A stretch of DNA of 64,000 bases from Victivallales bacterium (GCA_017417585.1 JAFPYX010000036.1:10948-74947); one strand, 5' to 3'; counted from the stretch's first letter, positions 17,301 to 26,036 are shown. The notes: generated by a model from the letters alone, not told the origin. Translations and numbers: made by a program.

Positions 17301-17410
17301 TTTGCCGTGGCACCATCGTACCAGACCTGCCGCTCCTCTGCACAGACAGTCGCGAAAAATGCGGCGAAGAAAAAGACAAAAAAAACGTTCCTTTTAAGAA
17401 ATTTATCCAT
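14321..17410 (-). CDS. Large secreted glycoside hydrolase-like protein with a GH42-like beta-galactosidase-type central domain (family assignment tentative)
   Basis: Signal peptide MDKFLKRNVFFVFFFAAFFATVCA. The central region (PAPGEYDFSLLDDYAQ..., HFRQWLRQNYADEAALQSAW) resembles the GH42 TIM-barrel N-domain. Coding status is confident; the family is not. Confidence 0.55.
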   Translation of the reverse strand: MDKFLKRNVFFVFFFAAFFATVCAEERQVWYDGATANHWSDCFDVQNRSKILEYGQFSYDPKAGALDFQFQLRAGGPETECALVYGRPAMPPAERVVFTVRNLGDAPLKLFAAAWSGVEGGPGFRVWKGWDSSERPVVPSDGAWHEVFFNYAPEGRGGSGQYPLDSLALYLLNVKAGQPVHLQIRSIELVDDLVPQGKCENAFALPSEIVAGERLSFGPMRVEFRHRMPIDDRVWLELTFQGEPGRQAPVRLTLANVERTGMRLLIPEQELPVSKYLLSGEYVVSLHCGEAVMRQGSMEVMVKGRVPQEFSQCEVVNWKGAPTIRCNGEILPGVMRATYAMGPLGWRAFAQEGVKIFAFTATPNLHAYHSGTLSEPAPGEYDFSLLDDYAQTILSEAPDAWLIPRVFLGAPIWWCEAHPADCVWIEEEDGSRHPMRYVGGRPVPSWSSPAWREYTANGLRKMLEHIRNSAYADRIVGILLASGTTEEWMAWGDNENLWGDYSPAAQTHFRQWLRQNYADEAALQSAWKEPEATFDTAEMPTRAERAAVLPNSPDLRDLSVGAEVKSVDYYRWNAERTAETIAYFAHVVKEATGGRMLVGPFYGYLFELAFGHRLLNSGHTAVGRLLENPEIDFFASPLSYAYREVGGDGVPMNMGPAASLALHNKFWIVEMDVRTSETDGPVGYCGKPADLEGDLLQQDKVAIHTLCSGLAQWWFDVGYVNYSNPVLMKHVGKLARAMDEAVRKCDRTPEAQIAYVVDEGSMPYFRVGSRLAFEGVTRNVTLLERLGTTVEYYLASDLERLPERIRLVVLGTSIAPDEAQLQALRKLEADGRVILFLHAPGVFPWREGQTPVEAMREFTGFPLGVVVDEVPSQATVDFPDGRWLPLEMQGAVFAADRPNHAPYRPCPFVEPDAKTLVLAHFPNSGGAIAVQEHPAWTALYCAVTMPPRELLLSAMKKAGVHRYIESDDQVWATRGLLGICVREGGPKTIFLKSPGQVRDALSGEVFTTDAEGAFTVEFAPRSTRLFLLQ

Positions 17411-17465
17411 TAATCACTATATAAAAATGAGTTATCTTATTATTCATTTCCCCAGGAAACAACTT

Positions 17466-17488
17466 TTAACCAATTGCATATTGGTTAA
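17466..17488. promoter_or_regulatory. Operator-like palindrome in the divergent region between the GH42-like gene and dnaB
   Basis: ttaaccaat-tgcat-attggttaa: 9-bp perfect inverted arms around a 5-nt centre. Confidence 0.3.
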
Positions 17489-17551
17489 TATAGCAGTCTG
17501 GAGGGATATGCACCCGTTTGCAAAAAAGATAATCCGGCTTACATTCTCATC

Positions 17552-19000
17552 ATGTCCAACTCCACCTCCACTCAGTCCAATTCTTCCTCCGGCACATCCA
17601 CCTCCTCTCGTGGCACCGGCATCTTCTCCTTCGACCGTCCCAAGCCACACAACGAGGACGCGGAAATCGCGGTGTTGGGGTCGATGCTGATCGACCCCGA
17701 CGCGGCCGCCATCGCCCTGGCACGCCTGAACTTCGAGGGTGCCTTCTACCGTCCTGCCCACCAGATCATCTTCGACGCGATGGTGGCACTCAACCCGAAG
17801 GGCGAGGCCGGCATCGACCTGGTGGTGCTGGGCGAATATCTGCAGAAGAACCACCTGCTTGACCAGATCGGCGGGGTGAATTATCTGCAGATGCTCATGG
17901 ACAAGGTGCCGACCTCGGTCAACATCGAGCACTACGCCGAAATCGTCAAGCAGAACGCCGTCCTGCGCCGCATCATCGCGACGTGTTCGGACGCGGTGCT
18001 CAAATGCTATGATTCGGACGGCGAGGTGGAGCCGCTATTGGACCTCATCGAGCGCGAGGTATTGGAAGTCAGCAAGATGAACCAGGCGCGGGATTTCCAG
18101 CGCATCGAACCGCTGGTCGTCGATGCTCTCAAATACATCATCGACCTGCTCAAGAAGGAGGCGGATGTGCAGGGGCTGCTGACCGGCTACGAGACCCTTG
18201 ACCACGCGATGACCGGCGGACTCAAGCCGGGGATGCTCTTCATCCTGGCGGCACGTCCGTCCATCGGCAAGACGGCGCTGGCGCTGAACATGGCCACCAA
18301 CATTGCACTGAACGGCGACGGCAAGACTCCCATCGGAATCTTCTCCCTGGAAATGTCCGCCCAGCAGCTCACGCTGAGGCTCATCTCCTCCCAGGCGCGG
18401 GTGAATATCAACCGCTGGGCCTATGAGAACAACCCGCCGCAGGGAGACCTGAACGCCGTGCGCAACGCCTGTGCGCAATTGCGCAACGCGAATATCCTTA
18501 TTGACGACACGGGCGCCATCGACATCCAGGAGCTGCGCGCCAAGGCCCGCCGAATGGCGGAGCAGCATCACATCCAGGTGCTCTTCATCGACTATCTGCA
18601 GCTCATCACCATCAATTCCGCCAACAACGCCAACCGCGAAAACGACGTCGCGCGCATCTCTGGCGCCCTGAAGGCGCTGGCAAAGGAACTAAACATCCCG
18701 ATCGTCTGCCTGGCGCAGGTCAACCGGAAGGCCGAAGAGGGCGACGGCAAGCCGAAGCTCAGCAACCTCCGCGAATCCGGCGCCATCGAGCAGGACGCCG
18801 ATGTGGTCGCGTTGCTGCACCGCAAGCGAGAAGAGCAGTTCAACCGCAGCGAGAACGCCTCCGACGGCGTCGAAGCGGAGCTGATCATCGCCAAGAACCG
18901 CAACGGTCGCACCTGCACCCAGATGCTCACCTTCTTCCCGCAGTTCACCCGTTTCGACGCCCGTGCCGACAGCGTGGACGAAAGCGACATGCCTCGTTAG
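17552..19000 (+). CDS. dnaB: Replicative DNA helicase
   Basis: DAEIAVLGSML N-domain, Walker A ARPSIGKTALAL, IFSLEMS, FIDYLQL, LAQVNR, LRESGAIEQDADV. It has a Ser/Thr-rich N-terminal extension. Confidence 0.93.
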   Translation: MSNSTSTQSNSSSGTSTSSRGTGIFSFDRPKPHNEDAEIAVLGSMLIDPDAAAIALARLNFEGAFYRPAHQIIFDAMVALNPKGEAGIDLVVLGEYLQKNHLLDQIGGVNYLQMLMDKVPTSVNIEHYAEIVKQNAVLRRIIATCSDAVLKCYDSDGEVEPLLDLIEREVLEVSKMNQARDFQRIEPLVVDALKYIIDLLKKEADVQGLLTGYETLDHAMTGGLKPGMLFILAARPSIGKTALALNMATNIALNGDGKTPIGIFSLEMSAQQLTLRLISSQARVNINRWAYENNPPQGDLNAVRNACAQLRNANILIDDTGAIDIQELRAKARRMAEQHHIQVLFIDYLQLITINSANNANRENDVARISGALKALAKELNIPIVCLAQVNRKAEEGDGKPKLSNLRESGAIEQDADVVALLHRKREEQFNRSENASDGVEAELIIAKNRNGRTCTQMLTFFPQFTRFDARADSVDESDMPR

Positions 19001-19057
19001 ACCGCTTTCGTCCAGGGCAAAAGCCATCTCTTTTATTGTCTGCCCCCCGCCCCAGGC

Positions 19058-19963
19058 TCATTCCAAAAAAACGTTCACCATCAGGCCGGCCAGCAGGGAA
19101 AAGCACGCCACAAAAGCGATATAGATGGCGAAATTACGGATTCCCAAGGCTGTCTTCAATGCGCCCAGGTTGGTGATTTTGGTGGCAGGTCCGGTGATCA
19201 TGAATGCGGTGGCGGATCCCAGGCTCATGCCATCTGCAAGCCACTGCATCAGCAGGGGTATAGTGCCGCCGCCGCAGACATATAGCGGCACGCCGATGGT
19301 GGCGGCCAGCAGCACGCCAAACCCTTCATGGCGTCCAAAAAGTCTTCCGACTGTCTCGGCTGGGACATGGGTCTGGAAAAGCGCCGACAGGAACACCCCC
19401 AACAGGAACCACGGTCCCGTCGCCCGCAGATTCCGTCCGATATTCTTTAGCAGCCTCATCCACCATCTTGGGTCAATGTCATGGTTTTCTGGTTCCTGGA
19501 ATCCTTTGAAATCGAAGAAATTACGTCCACGGAAGCCATAGTGCACCAAAGCGCCGGCGGTGACTCCGCAAAGGAAACAGCTGACAATACGCACGGCAAG
19601 CACCTTCGGCCCCAGGGCAATGCTGTATATGACAAGCTGGGGGTTCAGCAGTACGGAACTCATCATGAACGCCGCGAGGAAATCCTCCTTGATCCCCTTT
19701 TGCGAAAACGACGCGCAAATCGGCACCGTGCCGTACATGCACAGCGGCGAGGCGATGCCAAGCAGGCTGCCCAGCAACCACCCCGTCCCACCGGAGAGGC
19801 GCTTCCCCAGACGTTCACAGAAAGCATGGAGCCGCGCCTTGACAAACACCGACACCAGCGACCCGATGGCGACTCCCATCACCCAGTACCAGAATATCTG
19901 CCGGACCAGGATGTCGGTGTAATACCACAGATAGATTGCTTCCCGGCGAAGAAACTCCCACAT
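19058..19963 (-). CDS. Permease family membrane protein (DUF318/ArsP-like)
   Basis: About 8 predicted transmembrane segments. Cys-containing motif SPLCMYGTVPICASF, typical of this permease family. Confidence 0.65.
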   Translation of the reverse strand: MWEFLRREAIYLWYYTDILVRQIFWYWVMGVAIGSLVSVFVKARLHAFCERLGKRLSGGTGWLLGSLLGIASPLCMYGTVPICASFSQKGIKEDFLAAFMMSSVLLNPQLVIYSIALGPKVLAVRIVSCFLCGVTAGALVHYGFRGRNFFDFKGFQEPENHDIDPRWWMRLLKNIGRNLRATGPWFLLGVFLSALFQTHVPAETVGRLFGRHEGFGVLLAATIGVPLYVCGGGTIPLLMQWLADGMSLGSATAFMITGPATKITNLGALKTALGIRNFAIYIAFVACFSLLAGLMVNVFLE

Positions 19964-20125
19964 CGTAAACGGCTCCTCCTGCCACGCAGTGACTATGAAC
20001 CTGACAGGTTAATTTCGAGGGCTGTTCGTTTCTGCCAAATCCGCGAAGGGCGCAGCGGGGCGCGGCTCCCCCTGCCACTTCTCGCCAAATTCACTTTGTC
20101 AGAATAATGGCAGTTTTCCGTCGCC

Positions 20126-21181
20126 TTACAATTCATCGACATTGACAAGTCGGTAGTACCGTTTCCCGACCTGGAACTGTTCACCGTAGTCCAGAGTATG
20201 AAGTCCCTGGCGGCTCTCGATGCGTTCACGCAGTTTCGCCGAGTCCGGCTGCGCATAGACCATGTCGATGCTGCACTGGTCGATGGCCAGCGGGTCGAGC
20301 GAGGCAACGATTCCGATGTCATGCATGTCGGGTTCGGCGGGATTGCCATTGCAGTCGCAGTCCACGCTCAGCCGATTCATCACGTTCACGAAGGCGATAT
20401 TCCGGTAATGGTCCTTGGAGTCGCAGACCGCCCAGGCTGCCTCGACCATCGACTCCAGAAAGTCGATTTGGTCGCCACACCACGGGTTCGTCGCGCTTTT
20501 CCCGCCGGAGTGGATCAATGCCTTGCCCGAGACCTTGGAATCCACATTTCCAGAACCAAAGCCGATGGAGAGATTCTTGACGGCGCCGCCGAAGCCCGCC
20601 ATGGCGTGCCCCTTGAAGTGGGAAAGGACGAGGTAGGAGTCGTAGTTGGCGAAGTGGCTTCCCACGACATCTTCCTTAAGGTGTTTCCCCTTCGGGATGG
20701 GCAGGCTCATGGTGCCCTGTTCATCCAGCAGATCGAATGGTGCGATTTCAAGGAAGCCATGGTCCTTGACAACCTGGTGGTGCATTGCCGAGGAAGCGCG
20801 GCTGCCGCCATACGCGGTGTTGCATTCCACAATGGTCCCGCCGAGATGCTGCACCAAGTCCTTGATGAGCTCGGGGCGCAGGTAGTTTGATGCCGGGGGT
20901 TCGCCCGTGGAAATCTTGACGCCCACCTTGCCGACGGGGCTCCACCCCATCGCTTGATAGACTTTCAGCAAACCTGCCGGAGAGATGTCCCGCGTGAAAT
21001 AGACCACCGGTGCCTCCGCATCATCGGTCTGATGAGGCAGTTTCTCCAGCGGTGCCGGTGCGACTTGCGCTTTTCCAAGCGACTCCGCGTATGCTTCAGA
21101 AGATGACGGCTCATCCTGCCGGCAGCAGGATGCCAGCGTCAGCACCACGGCAAATAGCATTGTCCACAAGAACTTCTTCAT
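20126..21181 (-). CDS. DUF362 domain lipoprotein
   Basis: ORF 20126..21454. The likely start is the ATG at 21181 after GGAGGG, giving MKKFLWTMLFAVVLTLASC (lipobox). Contains the DUF362-like core LSHFKGHAMAGFGGAVKNLSIGFGS. Confidence 0.7.
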   Translation of the reverse strand: MKKFLWTMLFAVVLTLASCCRQDEPSSSEAYAESLGKAQVAPAPLEKLPHQTDDAEAPVVYFTRDISPAGLLKVYQAMGWSPVGKVGVKISTGEPPASNYLRPELIKDLVQHLGGTIVECNTAYGGSRASSAMHHQVVKDHGFLEIAPFDLLDEQGTMSLPIPKGKHLKEDVVGSHFANYDSYLVLSHFKGHAMAGFGGAVKNLSIGFGSGNVDSKVSGKALIHSGGKSATNPWCGDQIDFLESMVEAAWAVCDSKDHYRNIAFVNVMNRLSVDCDCNGNPAEPDMHDIGIVASLDPLAIDQCSIDMVYAQPDSAKLRERIESRQGLHTLDYGEQFQVGKRYYRLVNVDEL

Positions 21182-21511
21182 GCTTCCCTCCACAACAAGA
21201 CGATGACTTCGGTCAAGCCGTTGCAAAAAAACATGCCTAAATATACCTCCGCAATCGCGATTTGGAAGAAGCGACTCAATACATTCGCCGGAACAGAGGC
21301 AAAACGGAAGCGTTTCCACGCAAGCAGAAGAGACGGGCGGTGCGCCACGCATCTTCATAGTCCCATTTTTCACTGGGGAAACAGCCCCGTGCTCACGATG
21401 ACTGAAGCATTCCAGACCGTGAACCATACCTTCAGGGCGCTGTTTCCACCGCAACGCATTTTAGCGGCGGGAACGTCTCCCAACCCGAATTCACGTCGGC
21501 GGCCAATCGGC

Positions 21512-21623
21512 AAAAAAAAGAGGATGGCGCCGGATCGAATCTGCTCTGCAGAGTTCGCTAAGATAGAGCCTTGAGGCTCCGAATGCAAGTATTGTCCAGA
21601 GTGCCAGGTCACGGCGGCCATCC
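21512..21623 (-). terminator. Structured element closed by a 10-bp stem and followed by U8. Either the gpsA terminator or a 3'-UTR-derived RNA.
   Basis: The minus strand reads GGATGGCCGCC (21623-21613), then about 80 nt with internal hairpins (gagcc-tcaa-ggctc), then GGCGCCATCC (21531-22) and TCTTTTTTTT. Confidence 0.4.
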
Positions 21624-21706
21624 AATGCGTACAATACCACAGGATTGCCGTTTTGCAAGGACGGCGCTGCCAAATCCCCGAGAATAGGCCCGCCTTCGGC
21701 ACCTTC

Positions 21707-22729
21707 TCAGCCGAATTCATTCCAGGGGATTTTGACCGTTGCACCCTGGTTGATGATCTCGTCCAGATGCCTCAGAAGCGGGAACTTGTTGAAATTCGCG
21801 GTCCCCAGCTCGTGGCGTTTTCGCAACGCGCGGGCGGCACGGGTGATGATGGGAATCGACTCCAGCGTCATGCCGGGGAATTTCGCCAGGGCTTCCTGGA
21901 TGGTCAACCCGGAACCCAGCGCCTCGCCCAGGCGGCGGTTGCGGCCGGAATTGATGGTCACATAGAGGTCGCTGGTGGCATAGATCACGCTCTCGGTCTG
22001 CCCGCCCAGCAAATGCACCAGACGGAGCATCTCGCGGACGGACTGTCCGAAAAGTGACGCCTGGGGATTGCTCATGACCGTCCCCTGGCGCTGTGCCAGG
22101 CCAATCGCCAACGACACCCCGACCGCGTATGCGTTCTTCATTGCCACCGCGCATTCGATGCCGATGACATCGCGGGTGGGATGGATATGGTAATAGGTGG
22201 TAATCAGCTGCGACTTGATCCAATGGAGGGTGTCGGAGTCCTCGCCGCACAAGGCCACGGAGGTATGGTGCCGCTGGCACAGCTCCGAGCTGATGCACGG
22301 CCCCCCGATTGAGTTGATCGAAAGCCTCCGTCCGGGGGCGAGCTTGTATTTGTTATACGCGATGGAGATGGGCACCAGCGTTCCGTCCGGCTCGTCCTCC
22401 AGGCCTTTGGTCAACGACAGGACCACCAGATCGTCCGGAATGCGCGAGAGGACATTTTCGGCAAACCAGTCCACTCCGAACGACGGCACGCCGGAGACCA
22501 GCAGGTCGGAACCTCGGAGCGCCTCGTCCAATTCCTCGAACTGGCATGCCTTCACGCCTTCGGGAAGCTGACAATTCAGTCTTGGGTGGAAACGGTCCTG
22601 CTGGATTCGCTGGATGACCTCGCGGTCATACGGTGTGCCGACCAGTCGAATCTCATGGCCATTGTCCGCGCAGGGAAAACACATGGCGCTGCCCATCATG
22701 CCGGCACCAACTATGGTAATCGTACTCAT
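21707..22729 (-). CDS. gpsA: NAD(P)H-dependent glycerol-3-phosphate dehydrogenase-like protein
   Basis: ORF 21707..22783. The likely start is the ATG at 22729 (MSTITIVGAGMMGSAM Rossmann motif). Motifs: LTKGLE, GGPCISSE, ECAVAMKNAYAVG, INSGRNRRLGEALG. It is divergent from canonical GpsA. Confidence 0.72.
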   Translation of the reverse strand: MSTITIVGAGMMGSAMCFPCADNGHEIRLVGTPYDREVIQRIQQDRFHPRLNCQLPEGVKACQFEELDEALRGSDLLVSGVPSFGVDWFAENVLSRIPDDLVVLSLTKGLEDEPDGTLVPISIAYNKYKLAPGRRLSINSIGGPCISSELCQRHHTSVALCGEDSDTLHWIKSQLITTYYHIHPTRDVIGIECAVAMKNAYAVGVSLAIGLAQRQGTVMSNPQASLFGQSVREMLRLVHLLGGQTESVIYATSDLYVTINSGRNRRLGEALGSGLTIQEALAKFPGMTLESIPIITRAARALRKRHELGTANFNKFPLLRHLDEIINQGATVKIPWNEFG

Positions 22730-22804
22730 GCCCAAAATATAAACGCAAAAGGCGGCTTTTTCAATTGCTCCTGCGGTTGTCAAGGGATTTTAAGGGCATT
22801 TCGA

Positions 22805-22832
22805 TTGCAATACCGCCGTCAGGAGATATATT
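22805..22832 (+). promoter_or_regulatory. Sigma70-like promoter candidate for rpsB-tsf, with a long structured leader
   Basis: TTGCAA (22805-22810), 16 nt, TATATT (22827-22832). The leader contains an 8-bp hairpin gacacgcc/ggcgtgtc at 22901-22924. SD GAGGAG lies before the ATG at 22962. Confidence 0.35.
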
Positions 22833-22961
22833 AATGGGATTCACGCCCGCGCGCCAGCCAGGCACGGGGCGTCACACCCAACCCCAAATCGGAATTTCGA
22901 GACACGCCTTTCGCCTGGCGTGTCCTGGTAAAATCCCGAGCAACGAAGAGGAGACCCGACC

Positions 22962-23714
22962 ATGGCGAAGATTACCATCACCGACCTGCTCGAAGCTGGC
23001 GTCCATTTTGGCCATCAGAAGCGCCGCTGGAACCCCAAGATGAAGAAATACATCTACGGGACCCGCAATGGCATCACCATTTTCGACCTGGGCAAGACCA
23101 TGCAGCAGCTGGCCATCGCGTGCGACTTCCTGACGGAGACCGCCGCCAAAGGCGGGCAGATCCTCTTCGTTGGCGCGAAGCGCCAGGCTCAGGAATGCGT
23201 GAAGGCTGTCGCGGAGTCCGTCGGAATGCCCTACATGTGCGACCGCTGGCTGGGCGGCACGCTGACCAACCAGAAGGTCGTGCTCACCCGCATCGCCTTC
23301 ATGAAGAAGCTCCGCGCACAGGTGGCGGACGGCACGCTGGAGAAGATGCCAAAGAAGCAGGTCGCCGGCCTGAAGCGCGAGCTCTCCAAGCTCGAGACCT
23401 CCCTGGGCGGCATCGCCGACATGCCCAAGCTGCCGGCCGCCATCGTGGTCATCGACGTGGACCGCGAGCACATCGCCGTGAAAGAGGCCATCAAGCTGGG
23501 CGTGCCAGTGGTCGCCCTGGTGGACTCCAACTGCAACCCCGACGGCATCGACTATGTGATTCCCGGCAACGACGACGCCCTGCGCTCCATCAAGGTCGTC
23601 ATGGATGCGCTGCAGGCCGCCGTCCAGGAAGGCAACGAAGTCGTTGCGAAGAAGAAGGCCGCGAAAGCCGAAAAGGTCGAGAAGGCCGCAGAACCCGCTC
23701 CCGCCGAGGCATAA
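22962..23714 (+). CDS. rpsB: 30S ribosomal protein S2
   Basis: LLEAGVHFGHQKRRWNPKM, ILFVGAKRQA, VIDVDREHIAVKEA, DSNCNPD. Confidence 0.95.
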   Translation: MAKITITDLLEAGVHFGHQKRRWNPKMKKYIYGTRNGITIFDLGKTMQQLAIACDFLTETAAKGGQILFVGAKRQAQECVKAVAESVGMPYMCDRWLGGTLTNQKVVLTRIAFMKKLRAQVADGTLEKMPKKQVAGLKRELSKLETSLGGIADMPKLPAAIVVIDVDREHIAVKEAIKLGVPVVALVDSNCNPDGIDYVIPGNDDALRSIKVVMDALQAAVQEGNEVVAKKKAAKAEKVEKAAEPAPAEA

Positions 23715-23803
23715 TCGGATTTGCGGAAGAGCATTTCCGGGGGCGTCTGGCGTTCTCCGGTATCGTTTTCAACTTCAACCATATCTAGATAGGAATTTTC
23801 AAA

Positions 23804-24628
23804 ATGGCAGAAATTAGTGCGAAAGATGTGATGGCGCTGCGCCAGAAGTCCGGCTGCGGCATGATGGAATGCAAGAAGGCCCTGGTCGCCAGCAATGGCG
23901 ATGTCGAAGGCGCGATGGAATTCCTCCGCAAGGCCGGCGCCGCCAAGGCCGCGAAGAAGGCTGACCGCAGCACCAACCAGGGCCGCTGGGCCGTGGCGAA
24001 GAATGGCAACGAGGTCGCGCTGGTCGAGGCTCTCTGCGAGACTGACTTCGTCTCCGCCACCGCAGAGTTCAAGGCGTTCGCACAGGCCGCCGCCGAAAAG
24101 GCCGCGTCCTACGCGGGAGAAGATGGCGATGTCTCCGCCAAGCTGGCCGCCGACATGGACGCCGACCTGAAGGCCCTCATCGGCAAGCTGGGCGAGAACA
24201 TGTCCATCCGCCGCGCCATCCGCTGGATCCCTGCCGCTGGCAACCAGATTGGCTACTACCTCCACACTGCACAACCCTTCGCCGCGCTGGTGGAAGTCGC
24301 CGGCCCCTGCGATGCTGACCTGCTCCTGAACATCACCCTGCATGTGACCGCCAGCAACCCCACTTACATCAGCCGTGACGACGTTCCGCAGTCCTTCATC
24401 GACAAGGAACTCGAGATCGCCAAGGCTGACCCGAAGCTGGCCGGCAAACCCGAACAGGTGCTCAAGGGCATCCTCCAGGGCAAGCTCAACAAGCGCTTCA
24501 CCGAAATCTGCCTGATGGAGATGCCGTGGATCGACGACGAGCACAGCTGCCTGGCCAAGGTCGCCCCGAACGTCAAGGTCGTGCGCTTCTTCCGCTCGCT
24601 GGTCGGCGCCGCCCTCGAAGACAAATAA
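23804..24628 (+). CDS. tsf: Translation elongation factor Ts
   Basis: VMALRQKSGCGMMECKKAL UBA-like N-terminus. Position immediately after rpsB. Confidence 0.95.
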   Translation: MAEISAKDVMALRQKSGCGMMECKKALVASNGDVEGAMEFLRKAGAAKAAKKADRSTNQGRWAVAKNGNEVALVEALCETDFVSATAEFKAFAQAAAEKAASYAGEDGDVSAKLAADMDADLKALIGKLGENMSIRRAIRWIPAAGNQIGYYLHTAQPFAALVEVAGPCDADLLLNITLHVTASNPTYISRDDVPQSFIDKELEIAKADPKLAGKPEQVLKGILQGKLNKRFTEICLMEMPWIDDEHSCLAKVAPNVKVVRFFRSLVGAALEDK

Positions 24629-24653
24629 GGTGACTGCCTGACCACCCAAATTC

Positions 24654-24695
24654 AGCCCTGTTTGGTTCTCCCAAGCAGGGCTTTTTCGGTTTTTG
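24654..24695 (+). terminator. Rho-independent terminator after tsf
   Basis: Stem agccctg / cagggct followed by ttttcggttttt. Confidence 0.65.
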
Positions 24696-24770
24696 CCCTA
24701 GAAGCACTGGAGTCACTAAAAGCCTGGAAAATCTAGCCTTTAACCTTTAACCTTTTAATTTTAGACTTCG

Positions 24771-26033
24771 ATGGATATCCTGTTGGTCGGCGGCGGTGGC
24801 CGCGAACACGCCTTGGCGTGGAAGATGATGCAGAGCCCTCTGGCGGACAAACTCTACTGGGCACCCGGCAACCCCGGCATCCCCGACGCCATTCCCGTGG
24901 CGGAGAACACCCCGGAGGCTCTGGCGCAGTTCGCGCAGGACCACAACATCGGCCTCACGATGGTAGGCCCCGAGGCATTGCTCTGCGAAGGCATCGTGGA
25001 CGCATTCCGCAAACGCGGTCTGCGAATCGTCGGGCCGGACAAGAAGGCCGCGCAGCTTGAAGGCTCCAAAGCCTTTGCCAAGGACTTCATGCACCGCCAC
25101 GGTCTGCCCACCGCCGACGCCGCCGTCTTCACCGACGCCCCCGCCGCGCTGGAGTATCTCCGAAAGCATGGTGCACCCATCGTCGTGAAAGCGGATGGCC
25201 TGGCCGCCGGCAAAGGCGTAGTCGTCGCCAACGACCTGGCAACCGCCGAACAGGCGGTCAAGGAGTGCTTCGCGGGCGCCTTCGGGGCCGCCGGCGCACG
25301 AGTACTGCTGGAGGACTGCCTGGTCGGCGAAGAGGCCTCCATCCTCGCGCTCTGCGATGGCAAGACCATCAAGCCGCTCGACTCCAGCCAGGACCACAAG
25401 CGCGCCTACGATGGCGACCAGGGTCCCAATACCGGCGGCATGGGCGCCTACTCCCCCGCCCCCGTCGTCACCCCCGAACTCTGGAAAATCATTGACGAGC
25501 AGGTGCTCCAGCGCTTCCTCAAGGGCGTCCAGGCCGACGGCCTCGACTTCCGCGGAGTCATCTACGCGGGACTGATGATCACTGCACAGGGACCCAAGTT
25601 GCTGGAGTTCAACGTGCGCTTCGGCGACCCCGAGACCCAGGCGGTGCTCATGCGGCTGGACTCCGACCTCGTGGATGCCCTCGCCGCCACTGCCGATGGC
25701 GAATTGGAGCGCATCGAACTCAAGTGGTCGCCGGAACCTGCCGTCTGCGTGGTGATGGCCTCCAAAGGATACCCAGGAAAATATCCCAAGGGACTCCCCA
25801 TCAAGGGCATCGCCGAGGCAGAAAAGACCGGCGCCGTAGTCTTCCACGCCGGGACCAGGCTGGACAATTCTGGACAACTTGTGACAAATGGTGGACGCGT
25901 CCTCGGCGTAACCGCGAAAGGCAAGACTTTGCGCGAAGCCGTGGACAACGCCTACGCCGGCGTGCAATGCATCACCTGGGATGGCGTGGAATACCGCACG
26001 GACATCGCGCACAAGGCCTTCGAGCACCAATGA
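24771..26033 (+). CDS. purD: Phosphoribosylamine-glycine ligase
   Basis: MDILLVGGGGREHALAWK, VVKADGLAAGKGV, GPNTGGMGAYSP, LEFNVRFGDPE. Confidence 0.95.
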   Translation: MDILLVGGGGREHALAWKMMQSPLADKLYWAPGNPGIPDAIPVAENTPEALAQFAQDHNIGLTMVGPEALLCEGIVDAFRKRGLRIVGPDKKAAQLEGSKAFAKDFMHRHGLPTADAAVFTDAPAALEYLRKHGAPIVVKADGLAAGKGVVVANDLATAEQAVKECFAGAFGAAGARVLLEDCLVGEEASILALCDGKTIKPLDSSQDHKRAYDGDQGPNTGGMGAYSPAPVVTPELWKIIDEQVLQRFLKGVQADGLDFRGVIYAGLMITAQGPKLLEFNVRFGDPETQAVLMRLDSDLVDALAATADGELERIELKWSPEPAVCVVMASKGYPGKYPKGLPIKGIAEAEKTGAVVFHAGTRLDNSGQLVTNGGRVLGVTAKGKTLREAVDNAYAGVQCITWDGVEYRTDIAHKAFEHQ

Positions 26034-26036
26034 GAG

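Noticed and set aside
17401-17413. DnaA-box-like TTATCCAT next to dnaB, as a possible oriC
   Set aside because: It is a single imperfect box that overlaps the start codon of the GH42-like gene. There is no cluster of boxes, no AT-rich unwinding repeats and no dnaA/dnaN context.
21522-21623. tRNA-like or tmRNA-like element, suggested by the 7-bp GGATGGC/GCCATCC closing stem and a ttcgatc loop-like motif
   Set aside because: At about 100 nt between the arms it is too long. No complementary T-stem flanks ttcgatc, no D-arm or anticodon arm can be drawn, and there is no CCA or discriminator context. It is kept only as a generic structured element.
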